Below are positions 51,633-63,111 of a DNA stretch of 63,111 nucleotides, piece by piece. This stretch comes from Nemertoderma westbladi. Lineage: Eukaryota > Animalia > Xenacoelomorpha. Within the stretch, counting starts at the first letter, position 1. Every line of letters starts with the position of its first letter. The stretch spans positions 1-63,111 of the forward strand of contig JAUCBJ010003679.1 in NCBI GenBank assembly GCA_032718475.1, in the 5' to 3' direction. Below the pieces are notes generated by a model that saw nothing but the letters and a program-made list of their open reading frames with translations, had not been told where the DNA came from and ran no database searches. Position numbers and translations under genes: made by a program.

Positions 51633-54600
51633 CTAGTGACAACCGCAGCTGATGACGGACATCTCCTTGTAGAGGCGAAGGACAACGTTCTGTGTGTCGT
51701 CGAAGTAAAGAATACTGATCTCGTCAAAAGCATTTGGAACACAGCAGGCGCCGGGGATTCGCTAAGATACGAAAGATACAATGTTAGAATGAAGATGCAC
51801 AGATGCATAGATTACAATGAAGATACAGAACTAACCCCGGGGTTCATTATATGGACCAGAGTCTGTACTATAGCGTGATTGGTTGATAACTAACCCCTGG
51901 GTTCATTATATGGACCAGAGTCTGTACTATAGCGTGATTGGTTGATAACTAACCCCTGGGTTCATTATATGGACCAGAGTCTGTACTATAGCGTGATTGG
52001 TTGATAACTAACCCCTGGGTTCATTATATGGACCAGAGTCTGTACTATAGCGTGATTGGTTGATAACTAACCCCTGGGTTCATTATATGGACCAGAGACT
52101 GTACTATAGCGTGATTGGTTGATAACTAACCCCTGGGTTCATTATATGGACCAGAGTCTGTACTATACCGTGATTGGTTGATAACTAACCCCTGGGTTCA
52201 TTATATGGACCAGAGTCTGTACTATAGCGTGATTGGTTGATAACTAACCCCTGGGTTCATTATATGGACCAGAGTCTGTACTATAGCGTGATTGGTTGAT
52301 AACTAACCCCTGGGTTCATTATATGGACCAGAGTCTGTACTATAGCGTGATTGGTTGATAACTAACCCCGGGATCAATATATGGACCAGAGTCTGTACTA
52401 TAGCGTGATTGGTTGATAACTAACCCCTGGGTCCATTATATGGACCAGAGTCTGTACTATAGCGTGATTGGTTGATAACTACCCCCTGGGTTCATTATAT
52501 GGACCAGAGTCTGTACTATAGCGTGATTGGTTGATAACTACCCCCTGGGTTCATTATATGGACCAGAGTCTGTACTATAGCGTGATTGGTTGATAACTAC
52601 CCCCTGGGTTCATTATATGGACCAGAGTCTGTACTATAGCGTGATTGGTTGATAACTAACCCCAGGGTTCATTATATGGACCAGAGTCTGTACTATAGCG
52701 TGATTGGTTGATAACTAACCCCGGGATCAATATATGGACCAGAGTCTGTACTATAGCGTGATTGGTTGATAACTAACCCCTGGGTTCATTATATGGACCA
52801 CAGTCTGTACTATAGCGTGATTGGTTGATAACTAACCCCTGGGTTCATTATATGGACCAGAGTCTGTACTATAGCGTGATTGGTTGATAACTAACCCCTG
52901 GGTTCATTATATGGACCACAGTCTGTACTATAGCGTGATTGGTTGATAACTAACCCCTGGGTTCATTATATGGACCAGAGTCTGTACTATAGCGTGATTG
53001 GTTGATAACTAACCCCGGGATCAATATATGGACCAGAGTCTGTACTATAGCGTGATTGGTTGATAACTAACCCCTGGGTTCATTATATGGACCAGAGTCT
53101 GTACTATAGCGTGATTGGTTGATAACTAACCCCTGGGTTCATTATATGGACCAGAGTCTGTACTATAGCGTGATTGGTTGATAACTAACCCCTGGGTTCA
53201 TTATATGGACCAGAGTCTGTACTATAGCGTGATTGGTTGATAACTAACCCCTGGGTTCATTATATGGACCAGAGTCTGTACTATAGCGTGATTGGTTGAT
53301 AACTAACCCCTGGGTTCATTATATGGACCAGAGTCTGTACTATAGCGTGATTGGTTGATAACTAACCCCTGGGTTCATTATATGGACCAGAGTCTGTACT
53401 ATAGCGTGATTGGTTGATAACTAACCCCTGGGTTCATTATATGGACCAGAGTCTGTACTATAGCGTGATTGGTTGCGTTCATCTTGCTGTTCATTGGGAA
53501 CACACACTGCCCGTCACAGAAACCCGCCTTAAAATCATCCGGGGCAACTATCCAATCCTGAAAAAATCAAAGTAAAAATAAGCCGATGGAAAAAACATCA
53601 ATTAGATTAGACACCCAGTGTAAACAAACATGACGTAAAAGATAAGACTACGTTGTACAATGAAAGTTGTTTCCGTATCTGGGCAATGTGAGATATAGTT
53701 TAGGGTTAGGCCAGTTTAGATATAAACATACAGCGAACGAGACGGGGGGGGGGAAGTTATAATTCGTCTTATATGTTAAATTACCAATTGAGGAAAAAGG
53801 CACAGGTTAGTGACACGTGTATTTCTAATCAAAACAATGGACGATAGCCAATAGCATCCTCAGGTTACTGTACTGTTTCGTTTTTTCCAGTAATCACGTA
53901 GGGCGAGCCACGAAGTTGGCGGAGCCTTAGCGAACTGACACTGTTAGGCGGGTTGGCAATAGTTGTTGTTGTCGACACTCACTATTTTGACAAGCTAATA
54001 ATTTGGTTGCATTTCATTTAGCTGTCGAGTTGAAAATTTGCTGGCAACAATAAGAAACGAGAGTTGATATTTTTCAGAGACTTCAGCCACCACCAGTTTA
54101 ACAGTAGCCCGCTGGAGGGCTACATGTCTAAACATTAAATTTCCTCTCATTTCTTTGCTATTAATCCGTTCAGGATAAAACTTCGCGGATACAGTGTTCG
54201 ACCATCCATAGGCTGCGTTTCTGTGGGTGCGCTAATCCATCTGCAGTTCTCCAGTCTACCGCTAGTGGGTTGAATGAAAACCTTCAGCCATTTCGTATTA
54301 TTGTTTATTATCCTTCTTCCTGATTGATACCTGACACATATATTCTAGACCTCAGACTGAGTTTTTGTGAGATCTTAAATCGACTGCTGTTATCCAGTCT
54401 CCACTTGGTGGTAAAGTGAATAGGGGAGATCTGCGTATATTTTGTTAAGTTTTATTTCACGTGCTGCGCGAAGGCCACACTTCGTGTGTTATTTGCGTCT
54501 ATTTACTACTGGACGGCGATTAATTTTTGACTGCGTCCAAACCCCCCACCCCCAACATCTGCAATGAACAACATGAAATTAATAGTTTACAATCAATATA

Positions 54601-57600
54601 TTTATTACCTCCCATTTGAGATCCCTGAAGGTGACTGTGAGTGGCCGAACACTACATGGTTCCAGACTGGGTCGGTACTTCCTAGAAGGCTTCCCCTTGT
54701 ATCGTTTACTGTTGTTGTTGCGAGATCGGGTCGACCTGAGATAAAATCAATCTAATTAATAACGAAGAACCGACATGTACCAGAGCAATTCGGTTCTTTT
54801 CGATGGAATCCAAAATCCCGATGTGACCATATTATCAACATTTAAAGCTTATTAATTGCAGTTTTGTCATTGCCATGCGGTCCCCAATGTACTAAAGTTG
54901 TCCTTAGAGCTGCAAGGGGATCCCGATGGAAAATATCGGGATTTTTCGGGATTTGCTATATCTAAATTTCTATGCCCTACACGTTAAAATTTGTAAAATT
55001 GTATAAAAATGTACAATTTTTGCCAACAACTAAAATAATGAATTATAAAATTAAAGATATAATTTATTGAAACATTTGCTGCTTTTATCGAACATGATAA
55101 ACAATTTTATGTGGCAGCGATTCAGTCAGACTGCAGTTGTAGATTATAAAAAATGGTGCAGAAATTATATTAAAAACGTACATGTAAAATGAAATACGTA
55201 CGTGGGAAATAAACTGCGAATGTGAACCATTTAATAAAAATATCAGTGGAGTGGACATTTGTACATATCTAGGCATTTTTTAGTACATGAGATTTCTCTG
55301 TTTATTTTACTCGTATAAAGAGGGAAGGGAATTGGCTATTTTAAAGGGCTATTTTAAGTTTTGGATGAGTATGGCTGCAATAAAATTAAAAATCCCGATC
55401 CCGAATCCCGATAATTGTGGATCCCGTTGCAACACTAGTCCTTATTAAGGTATAGACTTACCTCCGACTCCGGGATGGTTCTTGTGCGACAGCCGACATT
55501 ACTAGCGGTCGGTTGTTATGGAGATAGGCTGATAGGAAGGGTTTCAGATGGTCTGGGGTCGCGACGTCATTCTCTGATATCCCTATATCGTTTGGGTTGA
55601 ACCGCTCCAGACCTGGAAGGGGCAAACTAGGTAACTAAGGGGGTTTCGCTATAGCAACGGGTGCACAAAGTCCCATAGCTTTACAATGTTGTAGTCGAAA
55701 GTGTGTAGGGCGAGTCAAAACTGAGAGCAATCAGCGAACTGTTATAATTATACGTGTGGGGGTGTCAGGGGGTTGGTGTGTCAGTGTGTGGGGGTGTCAG
55801 GGGGGTTGGTGTGTCAGTGTGTGGGGGTGTCAGGGGGGTTGGTGTGTGGGGGTGTCAGGGGGGTTGGTGTGTCAGTGTGTGGGGGTGTCAGGGGGGTTGA
55901 TGTGTCAGTGTGTGGGGTGTCAGGGGGATTGGTGTGTCAGTGTGTGGGGGTGTCAGGGGGGTTGGTGTGTCAGTGTGTGGGGGTGTCAGGGGGGTTGGTG
56001 TGTCAGTGTGTGGGGGTGTCAGGGGGGTTGGTGTGTGGGGGTGTCAGGGGGGTTGGTGTGTCAGTGTGTGGGGGTGTCAGGGGGGTTGATGTGTCAGTGT
56101 GTGGGGTGTCAGGGGGATTGGTGTGTCAGTGTGTGGGGGTGTCAGGGGGGTTGGTGTGTCAGTGTGTGGGGGTGTCAGGGGGGTTGGTGTGTCAGTGTGT
56201 GGGGGTGTCAGGGGGGTTGGTGTGTGGGGGTGTCAGGGGGGTTGGTGTGTCAGTGTGTGGGGGTGTCAGGGGGGTTGATGTGTCAGTGTGTGGGGTGTCA
56301 GGGGGATTGGTGTGTCAGTGTGTGGGGGTGTCAGGGGGGTTGGTGTGTCAGTGTGTGGGGGTGTCAGGGGGGTTGGTGTGTCAGTGTGTGGGGTGTCAGG
56401 GGGGTTGGTGTGTCAGTGTGTGGTTGTGTCAGGGGGGTTTGTGTGTCAGTGTGTGGGGGTGTCAGTGTGTGGGGGTGTTAGGGGGGTTGGTGTGTCAGTG
56501 TGTGGGGGTGTCAGGGGGGTTGGTATGTCAGTGTGTGGGGGTGTCAGGGAGGTTGGTGTGTCAGTGTGTGGGGTGTCAGGGGGGTTGGTGTGTCAGTGTG
56601 TGGGGGTGTCAGGGGGGTTGGCGTGTCAGTGTGTGGGGGTGTCAGGGGGGCTGGTGTGTCAGTGTGTGGGGGTGTCAGGGGGGTTGATGTGTCAGTGTGT
56701 TGGGGTGTCAGGGGGGTTGGTGTGTCAGTGTGTGGGGGTGTCAGGGGGGTTGGTGTGTCAGTGTGTGGGTGTGTCAGGGGGGTTGGTGTGTCAGTGTGTG
56801 GGGGTGTCAGGGGGGTTGGTGTGTCAGTGTGTGGGGGTGTCAGGGGGGCTGGTGTGTCAGTGTGTGGGGGTGTCAGGGGGGTTGATGTGTCAGTGTGTTG
56901 GGGTGTCAGGGGGGTTGGTATGTCAGTGTGTGGGGGTGTCAGGGAGGTTGGTGTGTCAGTGTGTGGGGTGTCAGGGGGGTTGGTGTGTCAGTGTGTGGGG
57001 GTGTTAGGGGGGTTGGTGTGTCAGTGTGTGGGGGTGTCAGGGGGGCTGGTGTGTCAGTGTGTGGGGGTGTCAGGGGGGTTGATGTGTCAGTGTGTTGGGG
57101 TGTCAGGGGGGTTGGTGTGTCAGGGGGGTTGGTGTGTCAGTGTGTGGGTGTGTCAGGGGGGTTGGTGTGTCAGTGTGTGGGGGTGTCAGGGGGGTTGGTG
57201 TGTCAGTGTGTGGGAGTGTCAGGGGGGTTGGTGTGTCAGTGTGTGGGGGTGTCAGGGGGGTTGGTGTGTCAGTGTGTGGGTGTGTCAGGGGGGTTGGCGT
57301 GTCAGTGTGTGTGTTTCGGAACCCAAGACATAACTAGCCAGTAGACACAGTGTAATTATATTTGTTCGCTAAGAAGACTTGCATATTTTGCTGCATGAAG
57401 GCCCCAGTCGAGTTATGGTGATGGAAAAGTTAAATGATATTTATAAATAATATGAATCATCAGTTTACGATGACTAAAATGACGACTATGTGGCTGACCC
57501 TAAACCAAAAAATTAACGATATATTGGATACACAGCAACCCAGGTACATCGAATGAAGTTACATTCTTCTACGAACATTATATTAATAATTTGTCTAGCA

Positions 57601-60084
57601 AGAAGTTATTAGTAGATTAAGACCAGTGAATCTATAGGAGTAAGGTAGGTGGTAGGAGTTGATCCACAGTCTAGTCACTGATCGTGGGTTTATCTACGGG
57701 TTCTATGAGTGACACATAGTAATCCGTGATAAACAGACGCCGCTATAACTAGTTACTGATGGAATCATTTGAAACTGAGACTAGACCACCTATGCTGATT
57801 ATTTTGTGGCACCAACAGGAGATTAGTTAGATAAAGAATGAAAGTCTTCCGGACACTTCGACGTAAAATTATGTTAAGAAAAATCTTTAAAATACAATTT
57901 TAACCCAAACTAGTCCACAAAAAAATAATACCCAATAACCAGTTTCTCAAAACTTCCCGGCCACTTAAACTAATTGTGTTTTGTTACTAAGTTTTGTTCC
58001 TTAAATATATTTCTAGCTTCTCAAAAGTTAAATGGCCATTAACAATTTTACATATAAGGAAGAACATAAGTAACCCTTTCTAGCAACTTAGGTTTTAGTG
58101 AAATATGAAAATAAAAAATAAAAATATGTAATCCCACGTGATAATACAGAGAAATGGGGAAAACCTTAATATAATATAAGTTGTGGAGGGGGGGATCCCC
58201 CCATCCCCCCCCCCCCCCCCCCCCCCCACTCTAGAAGTTATACGCAGTCTGGGACACTAAATTCGGTATTATAAAGATTAAAGACCGGCTGTAGGAGAGA
58301 TAATAATATTATACTGGAATAGCGAGAAGTTTCTCTATCGTTACAGTCGATATAAATTGTTTCAGATTATTCTATAAATTATTGAAATAATAAATCCTTC
58401 TAAGAAAGACTCGCATCTAATATTCGGTGGAAATATTAGTTATAAATAAAGTATTACCTGTAACAGAGTCAACCACCTGTATCTGTATCACGTGCTTCGT
58501 GTTGATATAAACCATCCAATTAGAGAACGCCTTGGTGACGTCAAAAACTAGCCAACCAGAATCCAACAGTTGAACCACTTCCGTATCCAATAGTGTGAGT
58601 TCTCTGTGTGGTGGGGAAAGGCAAACAGAATATGAGTGGAGAAAAATATAGTTAATTATACCACATACACATTAATTAACTTAATTACCAGTCAATATGA
58701 AAGGGTGCCCTGTCGCCCTCAAGTAAAGAAACAATTTGCTTCAGCTCAGTAACATTTCTTAGAATCGCAAAGATAAATAAAGTTGTGTAACATATAATGA
58801 CAATAGGGTTAATGTGGCGGCACCAAGTCTAAGTAGATCCCCCAGTGATAAACTACCAGATATTATATTAGTTTATAATAATAAAAAAATTCCTGCAGTG
58901 CAAAACAAAGTGATGAAAACTGTTAAAGAATAACATTTTTGTAAAATTTAAAATCCCAATATATACCTAAATCCCGTTATGTGTGACCGGTTGGAACCCA
59001 ATTTATACAAAGATAGAAATGCCTGTCCCAGAAACCGGTCAAAAGGAGATCAATCATTTGATTGGATCATCAATATCGGGCAAATTTATAGTCGAACAAC
59101 TGCGGTAGATGAACTCACTTAGTCTTCCGACCCCCAGAGCCACCCACTCGTCCCCGCGACACCTGGTAGACTTTGATTAGATACGTATCTCCCGTATCGG
59201 TGGTATTGTCTCCAGTTATCGGCTGTTTGTAGATCCGGAGTTCCGTCTTGCCGATTTCTTGGCTTTCCGGTAAACTGCTCGAGTGGATCTTAAAGTGATA
59301 GTTCGCCAACCTTTTGTGTTGTTTGCGACCCGGTTTAGTTTCTGCGAAGGAATAATAATAAAAATGCATTAATTCCGATCTAAGCATCTTAATAAACATA
59401 CGATTACCATTACATGCACCGAAGACTCCCACGTTATATTTGCGGCTGGTTTTACGAACCGCCCCACTTACCGTCGCTATTAATAGCGATAACGGTGTCA
59501 GCGTCTTCCATCTCCAACCAGTTCCGTATCGTGTAGTTCCTCAGTTCCTCGTTAATCGCTCGACGCGATCGGTCCAGCCGACTCGCGTACAACTTCCTCA
59601 TAAAGTCCGGGGCGGCTGAATGTTGAGCACCTGCGGTAAATCAAGAATAATTCAATAATGAACCATCTAATATATATTATTTGAATCCTACAAGGTAGGC
59701 CCTATATGTTTGTTATTTGTTTTAAACTTAGCAGCTTAGGCCTAATCCAGGTCCAAGGATTCAGTCGACTTCAGACTTAGTACTGTATTACTGTTAATAG
59801 GCCTAGTAAAGCTTACCAGCATGATGTGGCCGTCTAGGTAGTCCCATTATCCTCAGCATATCCTGACTTAGTTGATCCCGAATAGTTTCTTCTTCATCCT
59901 GGTCTCCCACTACCGGGATATCTTCCCCCGTTGTTATGGGAATTGGAAGAGGTAGTGGCTCGGGTAGTCCAAGGGGGAAGGTACCGGTATCCACGGTAAC
60001 GGACGAGGCTTCACAATAAACGCAAAGCAAAGAAATCGTGAACGTAAAACTCCTTAAAGCTGTAAATAACGTCATTGCCATCAT
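51633..60084 (-). CDS. BMP5-8: TGF-beta superfamily ligand, BMP5/6/7/8 (gbb/60A)-like, 444 aa, 8 exons
   Basis: Exons 60084-59817, 59630-59472, 59341-59119, 58603-58458, 55612-55462, 54735-54609, 53557-53426, 51761-51633. All introns GT-AG with consistent phases; 1335 nt. Signal peptide; prodomain [43 protein letters not shown]; furin site RSRR; mature domain [18 protein letters not shown]...FCDGQCVFP...[14 protein letters not shown]...CCVP...[28 protein letters not shown] with all 7 Cys. Confidence 0.95.
51829..53475. repeat. 59-bp tandem array (about 28 copies) built from BMP exon-7 3' end plus splice donor
   Basis: Gene-strand unit CAACCAATCACGCTATAGTACAGACTCTGGTCCATATAATGAACCCAGGG|GTTAGTTAT, encoding [16 protein letters not shown] followed by the donor. 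Confidence 0.97.
54905..55437. mobile_element. MITE in BMP intron 5
   Basis: TIR TAGAGCTGCAAGGGGATCC ... GGATCCCGTTGCAACACTA, flanked on both sides by GTCCT. Subterminal ATCCCG/CGGGAT repeats. Confidence 0.65.
55755..57313. repeat. G-rich 33-bp minisatellite in BMP intron 4
   Basis: Unit GGGGTGTCAGGGGGGTTGGTGTGTCAGTGTGTG with length variants. Confidence 0.95.
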
Positions 60085-60581
60085 AAACAGTTTGCAGTTT
60101 GTCGGACGACAAGTAGACCTAGACAGCTAGACCATCATAGACCAGTAGACTGCAGTTTTACAGTTTTTAGATATTTGGATCAGTAGATTACCGGGACATA
60201 CCGGTCTGCCGGCAGGCCGGTACTTCAATACGGAGGTACCGGCAGTAGGGCAGTAGGTACTCATGGTAGTAGTACTCATGCAGCCATGCGTACATCTGTC
60301 TGTCTGTAGTACCGGCACTGTAGTACAGTAACAGTCAGACAGTAGTACATGACTGCATTACCATTACCAGCTTACAGGATTACCAGATTACTGCATTACA
60401 GCATTGATTAATTAGAGCAGTACCTGAGTACAGGAGTACTGCTGTCTGGTAGTACATAATTATACAGGATGACAGCAGACAGGTAATATTTACCGGTACT
60501 GGTGTACTGGAGTAAAAGACACAATACAGTAATAAATGAGAATAATTTTTCTTAATAAGAATGTGGCAAGAATATTACAAG

Positions 60582-60696
60582 AATAGTGGTGTGAAGGATT
60601 TTTCAGCCACAAGCTGACAAGAAATTAAAAAATGGTGTTATTGCATAACACCATTTTTTTAATTTCTTGTGGCTGAAAGTCCTTCACATCACTATT
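60582..60696. repeat. Palindromic foldback element upstream of BMP
   Basis: AATAGTGGTGTGAAGGA...AAATGGTGTTA / TAACACCATTT...TCCTTCACATCACTATT. Confidence 0.8.
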
Positions 60697-61619
60697 TATT
60701 TTTATAAGATGAGTAAGTAGACCTATATTTATAGCAGTATAAGGAAGGCAACAACTCTATAGTCTTTTAGCTGTTTAGTCTTTAGCACTAGGCCTACTGC
60801 TATATATAGGGCAGTATACATACATAGGACTGTAATTATTAGTATACTATAACGGCAGCCAGTACCCAACTGCCAAATCTGATTCGATACCGTTTATTCA
60901 CCTCAAAGTATCCTTCCATTAAATGCATTCTTGTAAATAGACTTGTGCCGGTCACAACAATGGTGACAGGTCAGTGGCCTATAGTAATTAGATATACAGT
61001 ATTACGGCCATTTATACGATAAGGGATAAGAAGAAATATCTTGTAATAACATTAAGTAAAATACATGCAGTTACAACACCGAAGTGTAGTATATGATGAC
61101 TGGCTGTGGGCGCACCTACTGTAATCATGATATGCAATCCGGCGCATATGCCGAATATATCATGTAATTTTTGTGTTAATTTCTTTCTATACAAATTGAA
61201 GAAGATGAACTAATACTGTATAATACATATTATTGATTATGTTTTTGGGAACATACATAAATTGCAGAAAATTATTAATTTAATTAGTAAATAATTAGTA
61301 TAATAATTACAAAATGGTATTCATTATCTGAAAAAATAAACAATCACTCAAGATGTGTGATAGATATTATTTATGGACAAAAAAACACAAAAGGGCAACT
61401 CTGTATGTATCTGGAACGTTATCCAGTAAAAATTTAACGGATATCAGAATCGATCGGATCCCGGGATATCGAGTTAACCCCTCTACGACTAATACATTAC
61501 GATACACACGATTTGAGGTGAGGGAGAACTGTGAGTTGTAATTCCCGAGTCAATGGTCCAAATGACAGCAACACGAAATGGTTGGGGAACTTGAGATCTC
61601 GTAAAAAAAAACTTAACTT

Positions 61620-61800
61620 TAGACCCCGGGGGACTTTAGATCCCGGGGACTTTATCCGGCAGGAGTCTTTATATCCCGTGGGACTTTATACGGAACTTTA
61701 TATCCCGGGGGACTTAATCCGGGGACTTTATATTCCGGGGAACTTTATCCGGGGACTTTATATCCCGGGGGACTTTAGATCCTGGGGGACTATAGATCCC
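61620..61800. repeat. Short degenerate tandem repeats (GGGGACTTTATATCCC)
   Basis: About 11 copies of 13-17 bp units; resembles a DNA-transposon subterminal array. Confidence 0.7.
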
Positions 61801-62069
61801 GCCGCGACGTCGAGAGATTATTGAAAAAATGTTCTATGTTTTTTTCCAATGTAATACCTAATTTAATTCTTAAATGTGTACTTTTTTGTTGCTTAATAAT
61901 GATAGAACGCAATAGTGTTACAAAATAAATTGAACTGCAGTATTATACTATACTGTGCTATATTGCTTCCATAGTTCAGCAATTCCTCTATATACAGTAT
62001 ATTTATTTATTTATATGAATCAATGGGATCTCCTTAGACGATGATCGGTATTATACTGTTTAATACTAA

Positions 62070-62972
62070 ATGATATGTTAATCATCAATAAACCACTGAA
62101 GCATAAAAATTACTCGGGTAGGCCTGCCTTTATCTCAACCATTACAGTAGGCCTACTTATATTTCGAGAAATTACATCCCTTTATCAAAGTTGTAGATAA
62201 TACTAAAGATAAATATACTGTATAATATGAACAAGGTTCACCGGTACTTAATTGAATAATGTGAAAAACTGTAATTTCATCAGTCTCTAATATTGAAAAA
62301 TCATACTAAAAATATACACAGAGCTTAGTAAATTACCAACACATCTCATAACATACAGAGCGAATGGTCAATCTGTAGGCCAGTTACTCTATAATCCACA
62401 CAATAATTCATTATTGTCATAAACCATCAACCAATAAATTTAAATATACCGCCAAAATCCCACCCCTATTAAAAAAAATATACACCCCCTCATAGTAAAC
62501 TGGATATCGATATTTCTACCCCCGTACCAGTTAACAACCCAATGGCCATTATAGTAGCAATACAGTACATATATGTATACATATACTGTATTTATTGTAT
62601 AATTTATAAAACTCAAGTAAATAAATACAACCGAAGGGTGCGTGATCCGGTCAATTAATAATTAATGATAAGTAAATAATAATGATACCAATATCCCGCT
62701 GTTTTTAAAAAGTGAATAACAACAAAACGAGTAATAATTCGAGTTGTAATGCCAACTCGAAAATTTGCGAAATAAATATCACTTTTAAAAAACAGCGGGA
62801 TATTGGTCTCTTTATTATTTACTTCCATTTATTATTATGTATATATACAGTATATATATAATATATATTTGATAACTGTAAGGGATGTAATTCTCGAAAT
62901 ATAAGAAATGGTTGAGATGAAAGTACCCGAGTAATTTTTATACTTCAGTTGATTGGTGATGATCAATACATA
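62070..62972. mobile_element. Foldback element with about 100-bp inverted arms and a nested hairpin at 62665-62823
   Basis: 62070-62182 is the reverse complement of 62880-62972 apart from small insertions. Inner arms ACCAATATCCCGCTGTTTTTAAAAAGTGA / TCACTTTTAAAAAACAGCGGGATATTGGT. Confidence 0.7.
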
Positions 62973-63111
62973 TTTCTATATTATATTTATTTATTTATGC
63001 AAATCCTGATGCTGTCTTAAGTGTTAAATCAATTTAATGTTCTAGAATAATATTCATTAGCTTAAGTAGAGAGCAGCTCAACTACATAAATTAATATTGA
63101 ATTCAGTTTTG

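Noticed and set aside
51443-51878. ORFs 51612-51878 (+) and 51443-51808 (-)
   Set aside because: Antisense or off-frame readings of BMP exon 8.
55756-57344. Cys/Gly/Val/Trp-rich ORFs
   Set aside because: Artefacts of a stop-free 33-bp repeat open in all three frames, antisense within a BMP intron.

Overview
AT-rich, repeat-dense animal (invertebrate-like) genomic DNA, not prokaryotic. The left 38 kb is mostly transposon debris: a near full-length but disrupted Proto2/RTE-X-like LINE, two CsRn1-type Ty3/Gypsy elements (one strikingly GC-rich), RTE, Rex/Babar and BEL/Pao fragments, many MITEs and minisatellites. It also holds a duplicated pair of orphan ORFs, one ending in a CaaX box. The right 25 kb has two spliced host genes on the minus strand, assembled by hand with GT-AG introns and consistent phases and missed by the ORF track. 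One is a 310-aa aerolysin/ETX-MTX2 (LIN-24-like) pore-forming protein with an N-myristoylation motif; the other is a 444-aa BMP5-8/gbb-type TGF-beta ligand. The most unusual signal is that in both genes one intron is filled by a tandem array whose unit is the end of the upstream coding exon plus its 5' splice donor (about 145 x 40 bp and about 28 x 59 bp). Pervasive TA-site micro-insertions (TACAGTA/TACTGTA/TAGGCCTA/TACCGGTA) look like transposon excision footprints. All family assignments come from motif recognition, not database searches.
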